From Malacoraja senta (lineage: Eukaryota): a DNA stretch of 64,000 bases. Positions 12,758 through 26,315 of this stretch are shown here, in pieces; position 1 is the stretch's first letter; every line of letters starts with the position of its first letter. The position numbers and the translations under genes were made by a program. The notes under the pieces are model-generated. The model had not been told where the DNA came from. It saw nothing but the letters and a program-made list of their open reading frames with translations, and searched no databases. The stretch lies in assembly GCA_038087875.1 (NCBI GenBank), contig CM075993.1, positions 994,001 to 1,058,000 on the forward strand, in the 5' to 3' direction.

Positions 12758-12985
12758 GCGGTGAATCTGTGGGACTCTTTGCCGTAGAAGGCTGTGCAGG
12801 CCATTTCAAAGGATATTTTTAAGGCAGAGATAGATAGATTCTTGATTATTACGGGCGTCAGGGGTTATGGGGAGAAGGCAGGAGAATGGGGTTGGGAGGG
12901 AGAGATAGACCAGCCATGATTGAATGGCGGAGTGGACATGATGGGCCGAATGGCCTGAATCTGCTCCTGTCACTTATGAACTTAT
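12758..12985 (+). mobile_element. CR1-type LINE extreme 3' fragment
   Basis: gtgaatctgtggga.tc...gagatagatagattcttga...ggggttatggggagaaggcagga...gggccgaatggcct. Confidence 0.75.
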
Positions 12986-14249
12986 AGCAGCAGCATTGGC
13001 TCTAATCTCCTCGCTTTGTTGCCGCCAGCTCAATGTGAACCTCCCTCCCCAAGCACGTGTCACCCACACACAAATCTGTTCTGCAGGTGTGCACTAATAA
13101 GAGGTGCACGTTGTAAGTTCAGTCTTTTTACATGAATCTCACAATACATACATTGCAGCAATTACTGCATTTCAAAAATAATCCTTTTACAGTGGAAAAG
13201 CTAATGCATAATCATCGCAATGCTGGAGGTTTTATATTGCTGATGCTCACGAGGTAAGTTAGACTCCAATTTGTTTCTAATGAGGGAATTGGTAAAGAAG
13301 ACGAGAATATATCCCTGCATTCTTTCAAGATTAAACAAATCATGGCTCTCTCCAGATGGCAGAGTGCAGATGAGAACCAGGTATTGTTTAAAATGTCAGA
13401 GATATTATGAATATATGAAGATAGACACAAAATGCTGGAGTAACTCAGTGGGACAGGCAGAGTGATCCATCTCTCCCTCCTAACCCCATTCTCCTGCCTT
13501 CTCCCCATAACCTGACACCCATACTAATCAAGAATCTATCTATCTCTGCCTTAAAAACATCCACTGACTTTGTCACCACAGCCTTCTGTGGCAATGAATT
13601 CCACAGATTCACCACCCTCTGACTAAAGAAATTCCTCCTCTCCAGCATCTCTGGATAGGAGGGATGGGTGACGTTTCGTGTCGAGACCCTTCTTCAGAAA
13701 CAGACCATCTTGTTGGACCCATGCTCACTCCTGCAGCAACATGCCTTCCCCTAGCCGTTACCCTTTGGCCAACTGAATATGCCACGGCCTACAACTCAGT
13801 TACAATAATCCCACACATTATATTCTGCCCACTTTGACATCAACTCCTCCACAGTTGACCACTTGCATGCACAACAGGGGCGCCCTGCAGTGGACATTAC
13901 ATTTACTAACTCACACCTTGCAGGGATGTGGAACAAAAACAGAGCACCCAGGGGAAACCACACTGTCACAGAGAAAGTGTGCAAGCTCCACACAGACAGT
14001 GCTGGAGGTCAGGATTGAACCCAGGTCGCTGGAGTTGTGTGTAAAGCAGCGGATCTACAGTACCTGCACCCACCGCCCATCCATATCTCTACATCTCTAA
14101 TTCTGCCCCGTTCTGATCAAATGTTACCTGTTGTCACCACAGGTGTACTTGTCTTTTTGACTGTTGCAGACACCAAAGGTTTTTATTGTATTCTGGAAAA
14201 AAAATAAAGTGTATTATTTTTTTTTAAATGGTTTAAAACCATTTTGTTT

Positions 14250-14592
14250 TAGCTTACACCCCAGCGGTATGAACATTGACTTCTCTAACTTCAATCCTTG
14301 CTTTCCCTCTCTCTCCATCCCTCCCCCTTACCAGTTCTCCTCCCTGTCTGACTGTCTCCGACTACATTTTGTCTGTTTGCTTTGTTGTTACCTTCTCCCA
14401 GCGAACAATGATCTATTCTCCATGTTCCTTGATCTTCATCCCCTTTGCCCTGTTTTCACACCTATATATCTATCTATCTCTCTCGCTCCCGTGACATCAG
14501 TCTGAAGAAGGGTTTCAACCCGAAACGTCACCCATTCCTTCTCTCCAGAGATGCTGCCTGTCCCACTGAGTTACTCCAGCTTTTTGTGTCTC
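14250..14592 (+). mobile_element. Penelope-like element 3' end (ORF C-terminus, 3' UTR, hammerhead-like core)
   Basis: Encodes SLHPSGMNIDFSNF, the C-terminal motif following PLE GIY-YIG domains; then pyrimidine-rich UTR and cagtCTGAAGAagggtttcaacccGAAAcgtcacc. Confidence 0.8.
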
Positions 14593-14783
14593 TCATTGTT
14601 TTGAGTTTAGTTTGAGCCTCCCTCTTCATGGTCCACTGCAGTGCCTGAACAACACAAAGTCATTGATCTGAATACTGTCAGGAACCATCTCTGATATTTG
14701 CCTGGGTTGGAATAAATTTGCCTTTGATTAAAAGTGATGCAGAGGTATCCCAGTAAATGTTAACCAAAAGAGTTACTGTATAA

Positions 14784-15016
14784 AGGGCCTGTCCCACTTT
14801 TCACGACCTAATTCACGACCTCTGCCGAGTTTGCCCTTGACTCATACTCGCAGCATGGTCATCACGAGGTCGAAGGAGATCATAGGTAGGTCGTGGCAGG
14901 CTGTGACGCTAGTCGTAGGTACTCGTGGCATCAAGTAGGTCGGGGCGTTTTTCTATCCCGATGAAAAATGTCCACGAGTAAAAAAGGTCATGAATTTGGT
15001 CGTGAAAGTGGGACAG
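14784..15016. mobile_element. PIF/Harbinger-like MITE
   Basis: TIR AGGGCCTGTCCCACTTT...AAAGTGGGACAG preceded by TAA; closely similar to 51471-51719. Confidence 0.8.
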
Positions 15017-17565
15017 CAGACTGTGGTGGCTTGTTTTAAGTCAAGATTTCCAATACATCGCAGACTGATGTATAAACTCTAGAACATGTACGTTACATAT
15101 TGAATGACAAACAGACTCTGATCGAGAACGTTTCATACCATCACAAACATAATTTAACCAAATCTTGTTGCTATCAATTAATCTGGAATTGCAACAAATC
15201 CATGAAAACACAAGAATTACATTAAGTTTTAAATACAAACGGAATTCTTGACTTTTTATCTGAAAAGCAGCAGCTTGGACCTAGTTGCATTATCAAATAT
15301 TGAATGCCTGTTTCCTTTTGTCTCATTACAATCGGAGTCTTCAGTCCACATGTTTAATCTTGTCACTAAGTGCTGGAGGAACTCAGTGGGTCAGGCAGCA
15401 TCTGTAAATGGAGCTGGAAGACAAGACTGGGGCAAAGGCAAGAGTTGAGGGAAGAAGTGGCTGTGGTAGATCATGGTTGAACTGTGGGAACCACAAAGAG
15501 GGATCAGTCACAGACGCCTGTCGGAGAGAGGAGGAGAACTTCTTCAAAGTCGACCTAAGTGAGTTCCTCCAGTACTTTGTGTTTTGCTCAGGAATCCAGC
15601 ATCTGCAGTTTCTTGTGTCACCATGTTCTTTTTATCATTTGCATCTTTTTTTATTCTTGTCTACCATCTATCGTACGGGGACGTAGCTTCATCACTGACA
15701 TTGTAAGTTCACAAAATCCATAAGCTCAAATTAATATCAGAATAGCACCACAGAAACTAGTTTTCATCCAACTGTGGGTGTCAATGAATCAACCGTGTTG
15801 TGATTATTCCCACGAGAGAGAATCCAATGGATAACAATATTTCCCTGGTGATAATCTATTAAATCCAGATCCCCTTTCTATTCAGAGTGAATATAATCCC
15901 CAACATAAGACAGCTCAGTTCCACGATTTTGGAATTCCAACGGCTAAACTTGTATCACATTCTGATATAAAATGTGCCACTGGCCTTCATCAGTCAGGGA
16001 ATTGAGTGTAGGTACACAAAAATGCTGGAGAAACTCAGCGGGTGCAGCAGCGTCTATGGAGCGAAGGAAATAGGCAACGTTTCGGGCCGAAACCCTTCTT
16101 CAGACAATTGAGTGTAGGTGTTGGGAGGTTGTGTTACAGTTGTACAAGACATTGATGAGGCTGAATTGGATGATTGTGTACAGTTTTGGTCCAGCAGTCA
16201 TAGGAAAGATGACACTAAGCTGGAAGAGTACGAGGATGTGTTCAGTACTCAATTTGCTGAGTTCTATGTAGAGGTTGGGAGTACCAGAATCTGTTTCCTC
16301 AGTGTTCAGGAGGCTGAGGGATGATCTTGCAGAGGCAGGTCCAATAACAGACATTTGGACAGGTGCATGATCAGTAAACATTCAGAGCGATATGGATCAG
16401 GAGGCAAGTGGGATGAGCTGACATGGGGCATCTCGCTGGCACGGAGGAGATGGGCCAAAGGGCCTGTTTCTGTGCCGTGAATGACTCTATGTAAGGGAGG
16501 AGGAGCTTCACTTCCATTGTGTCAAACTCCACTCACTTCCGAAGATCAACTCATTTTCTCTACAAGAAGGAATGGGTGACGTTTCAGTCTGATGAAGGGT
16601 CTCGACCCAAAACATCACCCATTCCTTCTCTCCAGAGATACTGCCTGTCCCGCTGAGTTATTCCAGCAATTTGTGGCGATCTTCGGTTTAAATCAGCATC
16701 TGCAGTTCCTTCCTACTCATTTTCTCTACGTGGGGCCACACACCGTCCAGTTGGATGTGACATACATAAGGCAAGGCATTGGGCTGGTGCCTAAGGAACT
16801 GCCCAAGGAACTGTGATGAGCAAGAGCCTCTGAGGTCAGACTTCACTTAGTGCAATGATGCAAACGGTGAATTGGCATTCAAATCTGGAGAGGTGAATTG
16901 CAATCAGCTGGTCTGTCAATACAATGATGCAGACTGATGAGTACTGATGGAAAACTATCAGTTTTCATGGCCACTGGCCCCCATGGACTTAGCAGTAGGA
17001 TTAACATACACAAACGGTGCAGAGATCCCTGGGTTTCTGTCAGTAATTCAGCACACCATTGCAGACCCAACCATCTACAACTAAAAGCACTGACTTGATT
17101 AGAATTTAAACTTTTTGTGAACTCATCGCACTGTAAAATATCCTGAAAGCTTATACAAGTTACATCTGACTTTTTTATTTTAATGCTAACCCATAATTAC
17201 CGCTCTGGAAATTATATGGATGAAAAAAAAATGTATTTTATGTTTTTGCATCATTATTTTATTGATAGATATTTCAAACTAAGATGCTTAAAATATGAAT
17301 TTAATTGATATTTCAGATTTTCCATTAATCATTTTGATTATGTACAAGTTTTTTATTCAGCTCGTTCTATAGTAGCTAAAAGGTTAATTAGACATTGATT
17401 CCTGGTAAATGTATGCAAAGTTTCTTTAGCACAATGTACAGCTCAGGCAACTGCTGAAGAAGGGCTACATAACAGACAACTAAGAGAACATAGTATAGTA
17501 CAGGGCGAGGCCCTTCTGGCCACAGTGAACTTGATGCCAAGTTAAGCTAATCTCTGCTTGAACAC

Positions 17566-18060
17566 AGAAACATAGAAAACAGGTGCAGGAGTAGGCCATT
17601 CGGCCCTTCGGGCCAGCACCGCCATTCAATATGATCATGGCTGATCATCCTGCTTTTCCCCCATATCCCTTGATTCCTTTAGCCCGAAGAGCTAAATCTA
17701 ACTCTCTCTTGAAAACATCCAGTGAATTGGCCTCCACTGCCTTCTGTGACAGAGAATTCCACAGATTCACAACTCTCTGGGTGAAAACGTTTTGCTTCAT
17801 CTCAGGCCTAAATGGCCTATTAGGATGTGATCCATACTCCTCCATTCCCTGCATATCCATGTGCAAATCTAAAAGCCTCTTCAACACGACTATGGTATCT
17901 GCCTCCACCACCACCCCTGGCAATGTGCTCCAGGCACCCACCACCCTCTGTGTAAAAAACTAGCCCCGCACATTTTCCCTCTGACCTTAAAGCGATGCCC
18001 TCCAGGCTTTGACACTTCCACCCTCATAGAAAGGTCCGAACAGCTACTCTATCTATGGCT
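17566..18060 (-). mobile_element. Two adjacent CR1-type 3' fragments
   Basis: Minus ORF 17645-17944 contains FTQRVVNLWNSL...FKRELD and VGAWSTLPGVVVEADT. Confidence 0.75.
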
Positions 18061-19729
18061 CCCATGACTAAATGTGAAGAAAGTTTTGAGTTTCATCCAA
18101 TTTGAGGAATGTGCCATCTTTACATTCTTTGATTGAATGATAAGATGTTAATGTTTCAATCTCCTCCGCTGTCGTTGCTATGATGAGTACAAATTAAAAT
18201 ATTTCTTCAATGAAGATCAAGGCAGGAAATGTCTTTCATAATCTGTTGGGGATGAAGCTCCCCGCTGTGCTCTTCTGAATATTTCCTGCGATGATCTTTA
18301 TGAATTAACTTACAAATGCTTTAAAACAATTCCAGGCTCTAATCACCAGAGTTCCTGATGCCTCACGATTAAATCATCTTTGCCAAGGGAACAATATTCT
18401 TCCCAGATGGCTGGCTCTGCTCCAGTGTGCCAGGAAGAACCAGTGGGAGGGGTAGGGCAAGGGGTAGGAAAGTGGGAGACATATGAGACTACAGATTGTC
18501 ATGTGAAGGAGGAGAGTTTCTGCAAGAACTCTAGAGTTTCGACTCGAAACATCACCCATTCCTTCTCTCCAGAGATGCTGCCCGTCCCGCTGAGTTACTC
18601 CAGCTATTTATGTCTATCTTCAGTTTAAACCAGCATCTGCAGTTCCTTCCTGCACATTTCGTCTGATGCACTACAATGCTGAGAACTAAATTCTGCGCCT
18701 GCATCTTCCCCTTTGCTCTATCTATCGTACTAGAGTTTGGCTTCATTGAATTAATGCGTGGTGTATCTGATATATTTGGATGGCGTCTAAAACAAAGCTT
18801 ATCACTGTACCTCCTCATAGTTTGACCATTGAGCAGAATCAAGATTGAGAACCATAGATGGTTGGGTAGTAAGGAACTGAAGGGAGGAGGAAAGGCATGT
18901 AGGCAGAACACTGGGACTGTGGAACAGTGGGTGGTGCAGTAGGTATCAGAGGCTGAGCAGTCTGCAAAGTTCTCCCCTTCATTCTGAAGACGTGGCTTCA
19001 ACAATTGATCAAGGTGTCCTGATGTAACGTTTGGCAGGAATTGCAAGTGAGGGGTGAGGGGGAGGAGCTGGACACAGAAGATCCACAAACATAATTGGCA
19101 CAACAGAAAAGCTACTGCCAGTAAACTGAATTCTGGGCTTTCCTCCGACTAGATGTAGCTGGGAATGAAATTACAGACGAGTCTTAAAATTCCTTCTGAT
19201 TTGCTGCAGCCAGCAAATCCTCCTTCAAAGACATGCATTGTTTTCAGTGATGTGTTTTCAGAAAACTAAATGCGTTTGATCTTTTGGAATGCACATCAGA
19301 ACCAGAAGGGAGAGGAGAGAATATATTTAAATATCAAAGTCTGTCGGCTCTGCTCAGGAGCAGAATTTTATTTAAAAGCCAGAGAGAAAATGTTTAATTA
19401 GGTTTCAACTGTCACTATTCCAATTGCTGTCAAGATTTGCATTCAGTGTGGCCAAGGTGCAGCGTTGTCCAAGTGGTACAGTCTTGCAAACGGATTTGAA
19501 ATCTCACTTGCTTAATATATGGAGCTTTGACGTATTCCCGGGTACTGACCTCCCCACCGTCGATGGGATCAAAAAGGCGGCCAGCATCAGCAGAGACCCA
19601 CACCACCCTGGCCACGCTCTCATCTCATTGCTACCATCGAGTAGAAGGTAGAAAACACCTGACCTCCAGGTTCATGAACAGCTTTGGCCCATCAGACTCT
19701 CCTTGGCAACTATGATCTTCAGAGTTTTA

Positions 19730-20180
19730 AGGAAGAACTGCAAATGCTGGAAAAATCCAAAGGTAGACAAAAATGCTGGGGAAACTCAGCGGGTGAGGCA
19801 GCATCTATGGAGCGAAGGAATAGGTGACGTTTTGGGTCGAGACCAGGAAGCATCTATGGAGTGAAGGAATAGGTGACGTTTCGGGTCGAGACCAGGAAGC
19901 ATCTATGGAGCGAAGGAATAGGTGACGTTTTGGGTCGAGACCAGGAAGCATCTATGGAGTGAAGGAATAGGTGACGTTTTGGGTCGAGACCAGGAAGCAT
20001 CTATGGAGTGAAGGAATAGGTGACGTTTCGGGTCGAGACCAGGAAGCATCTATGGAGTGAAGGAATAGGTGACGTTTCGGGTCGAGACCCTTCCGGGTCT
20101 CGACCCGAAACGTCACCTATTCCTTCGCTCCATAGATGCTGCCTCACCCGCTGAGTTTCTCCAGCATTTTTGTCTCCCTT
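19730..20180. repeat. PLE fold-back element whose left arm contains 6 tandem 49-bp units
   Basis: gcatctatggag[c/t]gaaggaataggtgacgttt[c/t]gggtcgagaccaggaa starting at 19801, 19850, 19899, 19948, 19997, 20046; inverted arm ~20095-20180. Confidence 0.9.
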
Positions 20181-21351
20181 TGATCTTCAGAGGAATGTTT
20201 TTGGATGGACTTTTTGTTTTGTTTTTTGCAGTACCACGGTTGCCTGGTATTACGGCTTTAATTTATTGTATTATTGATCATTAAATGTTTTTCTTCTGTG
20301 AATGATTGCATTCAAACCTGTTAATTTGCAGCAAGCAGAAATCCCATTGTTCCATTGACGGCACACATACCACAATTAAACACTCTTGACTCTTAATCCA
20401 CTTACAGGTATTGGATTTCAGATCACCACAATGAACACTGAATGAAATAAAGACTCCTTACCCCCTAACCCTGGCACCTGGTTGTTGGGGAATTATTTTA
20501 ACCCTGTGGTGGGCAAGGCTCCCACCATTGGGGTCAACAAAACGATCTACTCTGAGGACTCAGATCCGAGGACGTGCTGCTGAGTGGTACCACCAGAGAA
20601 CACTTGGCAGGGCTACTTGTCTCTTCACCAAAACCCTTTACTGACAGCTGATAGAGGACGAGCTGGGCTGAGCAAAGGGTCTTGATCTTGTTGTGAAACT
20701 ATACCCTAGCAAGTCTCGGCAGTGGTGAAGCATTCTTGGGAACTGGAAGGAGCAATAAAAAGCACAACGGCACATTCTTTGGACCAGTTTCATGAATCCG
20801 CTGATCAATTGTTACAAATACAGAGTGAAAATCTAAAGGGAATGACAATTTTGCAGGATAGCTGTGGAAGAGGTCCGAGGTAAAATTGAATTGCAGCTAC
20901 ACTAAAAGATCTTTCTTGCTTCTGACTTTTAAAGGTCAGCAAAGGCTTCCTCTTTCTTTCAGGAGGGATTGCATTCTTGAAACCCAACCTATTATCTCTC
21001 GTGTCATTAATATTACATTGTAAAGAAAATTGAATCATTTCTTGCTCAGAAGTAGAAAATCAATGGGTTGTGCCAGATCATTTTTAACCCTGTTTACCTG
21101 CTCTCCTCTCCCTGCAGTAGAGATCCTAAAGTGTGGATTCTCCCAAATGAACAGGCCCTGAAGATGTGACGCTACCTGGGGTACAGTCCTCCCGAGGTAG
21201 AGATAGTTCCAGACTGTAGAGGATCATCTAATGACCTGCAAAGTGCAGCAACTTCCCCTCAGCCCAAATCCAGTCAGGTAATTCAACAACAAACAGAGAC
21301 TGAACCTATTCCACAAGAGATTGAACAACCCAGTTCCACAAATTGATTCCC

Positions 21352-21702
21352 CATCAAGGACCCACACCATCCGGGCCACACACTCATCTCCCCGCTACCT
21401 TCAGGTAGAAGGTACAGGAGCCTGAAGACTGCAATGACCAGGTTCAGGAATAGCTACTTCCCCACAGCCATCAGGCTATTAAACTTGGCTCGGACAAAAC
21501 TCTGAACATTAATAGCCCATAATCTGTTATTTGCACTTTATCAGTTTATTTATTCATGTGTGTATATATTTATATAATGGTATATGGACACAATGATCTG
21601 TTCTGTAGTCAATGCCTACTATGTTCTGTTGTACTGAAGCAAAGCAAGAATTTCATTGTCCTGTCAGGGACACATGACAATAAACTCTCTTGACTCTTGA
21701 CA
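21352..21702 (+). mobile_element. Rex1/Babar-like LINE 3' end with UTR
   Basis: Reads IKDPHHPGHTLISPLPSGRRYRSLKTAMTRFRNSYFPTAIRLLN; UTR ends aataaactctcttgactcttga. Confidence 0.8.
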
Positions 21703-22120
21703 CCTCCCTGTGTTTGTGAGTGCGTTCATAGCCTGCGAGTGCAGATGACAAAGAGCAATATTGCTGAACTATTCACTTGATGTGGAGGTGGAGGTGGAGG
21801 TTGGGGGACATGGAGCGTGAACTCCAAACCAGGGTCACAAGTGTAAAACACTCACTAATCACGGATATTTCACCAGAATCTTCCTTATCCTGAATGTCAA
21901 TACAATGTGGAACCTGCCTTCATGGACAGTGATTACGTTGAATAGAATCATACAGTCAGAGCCATTCAAACAACATCGCACTTCATGTCGACTGGAGGCA
22001 TGCTGTCCAATCTGATTCTTTCCCCAGCGCTTTCAATGATTCAATTATATTTATTGTGGCATGCACCTGAGTACAGTGAAATGCTTAGTTTTACATACAC
22101 CCTGGTACACCTCACTCAGC

Positions 22121-22246
22121 GTCTGAAGAAGGGTCTCGACCCGAAACGTCATCCGTTCCTTCTCTCCAGAGATGCTGCCTGTCCCGCTGAGTTCCTCCAG
22201 CACTTTGTTTTTTTAACACAGGATTCCAGCAATCTCTCGTGTCTCT
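22121..22246 (+). mobile_element. PLE terminus with intact minimal hammerhead core
   Basis: CTGAAGA (22123-29), A, stem II GGGTC-TC-GACCC (22131-42), GAAA, CGTC. Confidence 0.8.
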
Positions 22247-22931
22247 GAGACTTAAAGTCATTGGCAGAAGGATTGGCGGGGTGGTGAGAGGAAAGCTTGT
22301 ACACTGACACCTGTTGGGAGGTTAGATCACTAACGCAGGAGGAAAGGAACAGAAGGTTATGCAAATACGGTGAGACTGAAAGAGGTGAGAAAAGATTCCT
22401 ACGATGTATTAACACGGTGCGGGGAGGATCAGGGAAGTCCAACTGGGTTGGCAAGTCTGTTTCTGGGCAGAACGCCTTCTGTAATCCTATTTCCTTCGCT
22501 CCATAGATGCTGCCTCACCCGCTGAGTTTCTCCAGCATTTTTGTCTACCTGTAATTCTAGGTGTTCAGCGTAGGCTTCTAACCCTAATTTAGATACAGAT
22601 GACTACTCCACACTCAACTGAAGGTGTTACCTCCCCACCTTCCAGCTTCACACCAAGCAAGTTCAAGCACTGCTTACACAGCACAGCACAAGTAACTCAG
22701 CGGAAAATAGGTGACGTTTCGGGTCGAGACCTTTCTTTAGCACCACTGGGGAACATGGACAGGTGGCCCCAACCCATCACTTCTCCATCCATGTTCTCCA
22801 GAGATGCTGCCTGATTCGCTGAGTTACTCCAGCACTTTGTGTCTTTTTTTTTTCCCACTGTAAAATCCCTTCAACACATGAAGCTCAAAAGCTGATGTCT
22901 GCCTCAAATGATGAATTAGTAGTAGTAGTAT

Positions 22932-23182
22932 TAGTCTAGTTTATTGTCAGGTGTACCGGGGTACAGCAAAAAGCTTTTGTTGCGTGCTAACCAGTCAGCA
23001 GAAAGACAATACATGATTACAATCGAGCCATTTACAGTGTACAGATACATGATAAGGGGATAATGTTTAGTGCAAGGTAAAGCCAGCAAAGTCCGATCAA
23101 GGATAGTACGAGAGTCACCAATGAGGTAGATAGTAGTTCAGCACTGCTCTCTGGTTGTGGTAGGATGGTTCAGTTGCCTGAT
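22932..23182 (-). mobile_element. LINE 3' UTR fragment (Rex1/L2-like); second copy at 53870-54112
   Basis: Two closely similar ~250-bp copies ending, on the minus strand, in gacaataaacta. Confidence 0.7.
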
Positions 23183-25885
23183 ATGGTAGTGAATGGGATA
23201 CATTACACACTCTGGCTATGAATCATGCAGTTAAAAGAAAATTATAGAGCCAGGGAAAAAAAATGAGAACTTGCACTGAAAATGAAACATGTTACAGGGC
23301 CTCTGCATCATCTCATTAAGTGTTATTAACCAGGCCAGTCTGTTTACTCTGCAGGAAATGAGCAGGAATTACAATGAACCAGCTCACAGCACGGCTTAAT
23401 GTGCTGACAAATCCCGGGCTCTGGGTATGATCAAAAAACCATAATTCATAGGAGCAGAATTTGTCCACTCGCCCATCGAGTCTGCTCCACCATTTGATCA
23501 TGGCTGATCTACCTGTCCTTCTCAGCCCCATTCTCCTGCCTTCTACTGTGACCTTTGATGCCCATCAAGAACCTATCAATGTGCAATTAAAAAATGCCCA
23601 AAGACTTGGCCTCCACAGCCGCATGTGGCAATGAATTCCATAGATTCGGCGCCATCTTGCTGAAGAAGTTCATCCTCATCTCCATTCTAAAGGTACATCC
23701 TTTTATTCTGAGGCCGTGCCCTCTAATCCTAGACTCTCCCACTTCACATCCACTCTATCCAGGCCTTTCATTATTCGGTATGTTACAATGTGATCCCCTG
23801 TCATCCAAAAATGTGACAAGGCCTTTTTCTCCTCTGATCTTCTTTGCAATATTATCTGTGTAGTTCGAAAACGTTGAAGTCTCTTTGGTGTCCAACAAGC
23901 AAGTGGATATTGCTCTGAACAATGATAAATGACACTGCAATTGGCCATTCCAAATCATCTATTTTAATCCCACATCCTTGCTCTCTCTCCATTCACCAGC
24001 GGTAACCCGGTCACAATCCCAAACATTGTAATTAAATCAGCTTCAATTAGTCCTTGTGGTTATGTCCAGATTCCAAACACGTCTTGCAAAAAAATATTCT
24101 CTTTAATCCAATTCCATTTCATTCCCTCTTGCATGAATCGTACATTATGACCTTCTTTGGTGCTACTTCACAAAATAATCTTTCCCTGTTTACTATTTTA
24201 AATATTAAAAATTTCCAATACTCCAATTAGATCCTCATAGAGTCTACATGGCCTTGCAGCCCTTGTCTACGCCCACCAACATGCCCCAGTCCCATGTGCC
24301 TCCACCTAGCTCATATCACTCTAAACATTACCTGTACCTGCTCAAATACCTTTTCAATGTTGTTACTGTACCTGTCTCATCCACCTTCTCTTGCAGTTTG
24401 TTCCATATACCCACCACCCTCTGCGAGTTGGGTGGTATGTAAATGGAATTACCCCTTATGGAATATGGAATATGGAACCCATTAGGTTCCTATTAAATCT
24501 TTCTCCTCTCACCTTAAACCTATGTCCTCTAGTTCTTGATTCTCCTAGATTCCTCAAGACTCTGTGCATTCACACAATCTATTCCCCCCCCATAACATTA
24601 TGCTCTAGTATAAGATCACCCCTCAGCCTCGTGTGCTCCAAGCAATAAAGTCCTAGAGAAAGATGCTGGAGTCATGCTGGAGTCACTCAGCAGGTCAGGG
24701 AGGTCCTCGAGAGAAGACGGAGAGGTGATGTTAAAGTCCTAGCCTGCCCAACCTGGCCCTTTAGCTCAGTCCCTCAAGTCCTGGCCCTCCGAGACTGTTG
24801 TTATATTGTCCACATCTCACTCCGCTTGCTCTTCTCAGCCCTGTACTGAATGCCGATTCCTTGATCTGCTGACTACACCCTCCGGAGTAACATCCAGACC
24901 GGTTACTTCCTGCTTCCCATGCTCCTCTCCGTTTGTGCATGAGATTATGAAAATATGAAATACTTGTGAGAGAGACCGAATCAATTACTGAGGAGTTCCA
25001 CTTCAATCTAATTTGAGAGCATGTGAGCAATGTCACAGGGAACAGGAGATGAGGAGGGTGGTGCATGTTGAACAGCTGCCCTTTATCATAAAACAATTGG
25101 TTTCTGAGCAAACCTGTAAGATTGGAATCTCTCTTCATTATGTGTAAAAGGCACCAATCAAAAATTCCAGGGGATTGCACATTTTCAGTGAAATTTCTGT
25201 CCAATTACATTTGTGGCAAAAATCGTTCACCTGGTTGCGCCCACATTTCTCCCGCCATCTCCCACCCCCTCCCCAAGTCACCCCGCTCCTTTCCCCTCCT
25301 CCGTATACTCGTCTCCCAAACCCCCCAAGACCATGTTTACCCTTTTATCACCCTCTTTCCCCACCCCTCATCCTCTTCCACATTCTCAACAGTCTTTTGT
25401 CTCTCTCCTTTGTCACCTACTCCTCCCATCTGGCAAACACCTACAGCCCTCAACTGTATCCACCTATCACTTGCCCGGCTCTGACAGTCCCCCCCCCCCG
25501 CTACCCCATCAGTCTGGACAAGGGTCCTGACCCAAAGTGCCATCTGTCCATTCCCTCCACAGATGCTGCCTGACCGACTCAGTTCCTCCAGCACTTTGTG
25601 TTTTGCTCCAGATTCCAGCATTTGCAGTCTCTCGTGCGTCTGTTGTGGAAGATTGCTGTCCCGATACACAGGAGAGAAACAGCCATAATTCAGAGCCAGC
25701 GCGCAACACCACCAGGAACAGCTTCTTCCCCTCTGTTAGCAGGCTTTTGAATGGTTCTTCAAAGAGCCAGGGCACTGTCCAATTCACCGCTCGCCCATTG
25801 TGGACATTGCACTTTGTCTACGGAACTGATGCGCTACAATGCTGAGAACTATATTCTTCCCCTTTGCTCTTCCTATTGTATTTAT

Positions 25886-26315
25886 AGACAATAGACAATA
25901 GGTGCAGGAGTAGGCCATTCGGCCCTTCGAGCCAGCACCACCATTCATTGCGATCATGGCTGATCATCCACAATCAGTACCCCGTTCCTGCCTTTTCCCC
26001 ATATCCCCGGACTCTGCTATCTTTAAGAACTCTATCCAACTCTCTCTTGAAAGCATACAGAAAATTGGCCTCCACTGCCTTCTGAGGCAGAGAACTCCAC
26101 AGACTCACAACTCTCTGGGTGAAAAAGTGTTTCCTCATCTCCGTTCTAAATGGCCTACCCCTTATTCTTAAACTGTGGCCCCTGGTTCTGGACTCCCCCA
26201 ACATCGGGAACATGTTTCCTGCCTCTAGTGTGTCAAAACCCTGAATAGTCTTATATGTTTCAATAAGATCCCCACTCATCCTAAATTCCAAAGTATACAA
26301 GCCCAGCCGCTCCAG
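25886..26315 (-). mobile_element. CR1-type LINE 3' fragment
   Basis: ORF 25974-26330: LERLGLYTLEFR...GDLIETYK...TRGHSLRIRG...FFTQRVVSLWSSLP. Confidence 0.9.

Noticed and set aside
21118..21200. Strong-looking splice acceptor ctctcctctccctgcAG
   Set aside because: All three downstream frames hit stops within ~55 nt and there is no clear donor.
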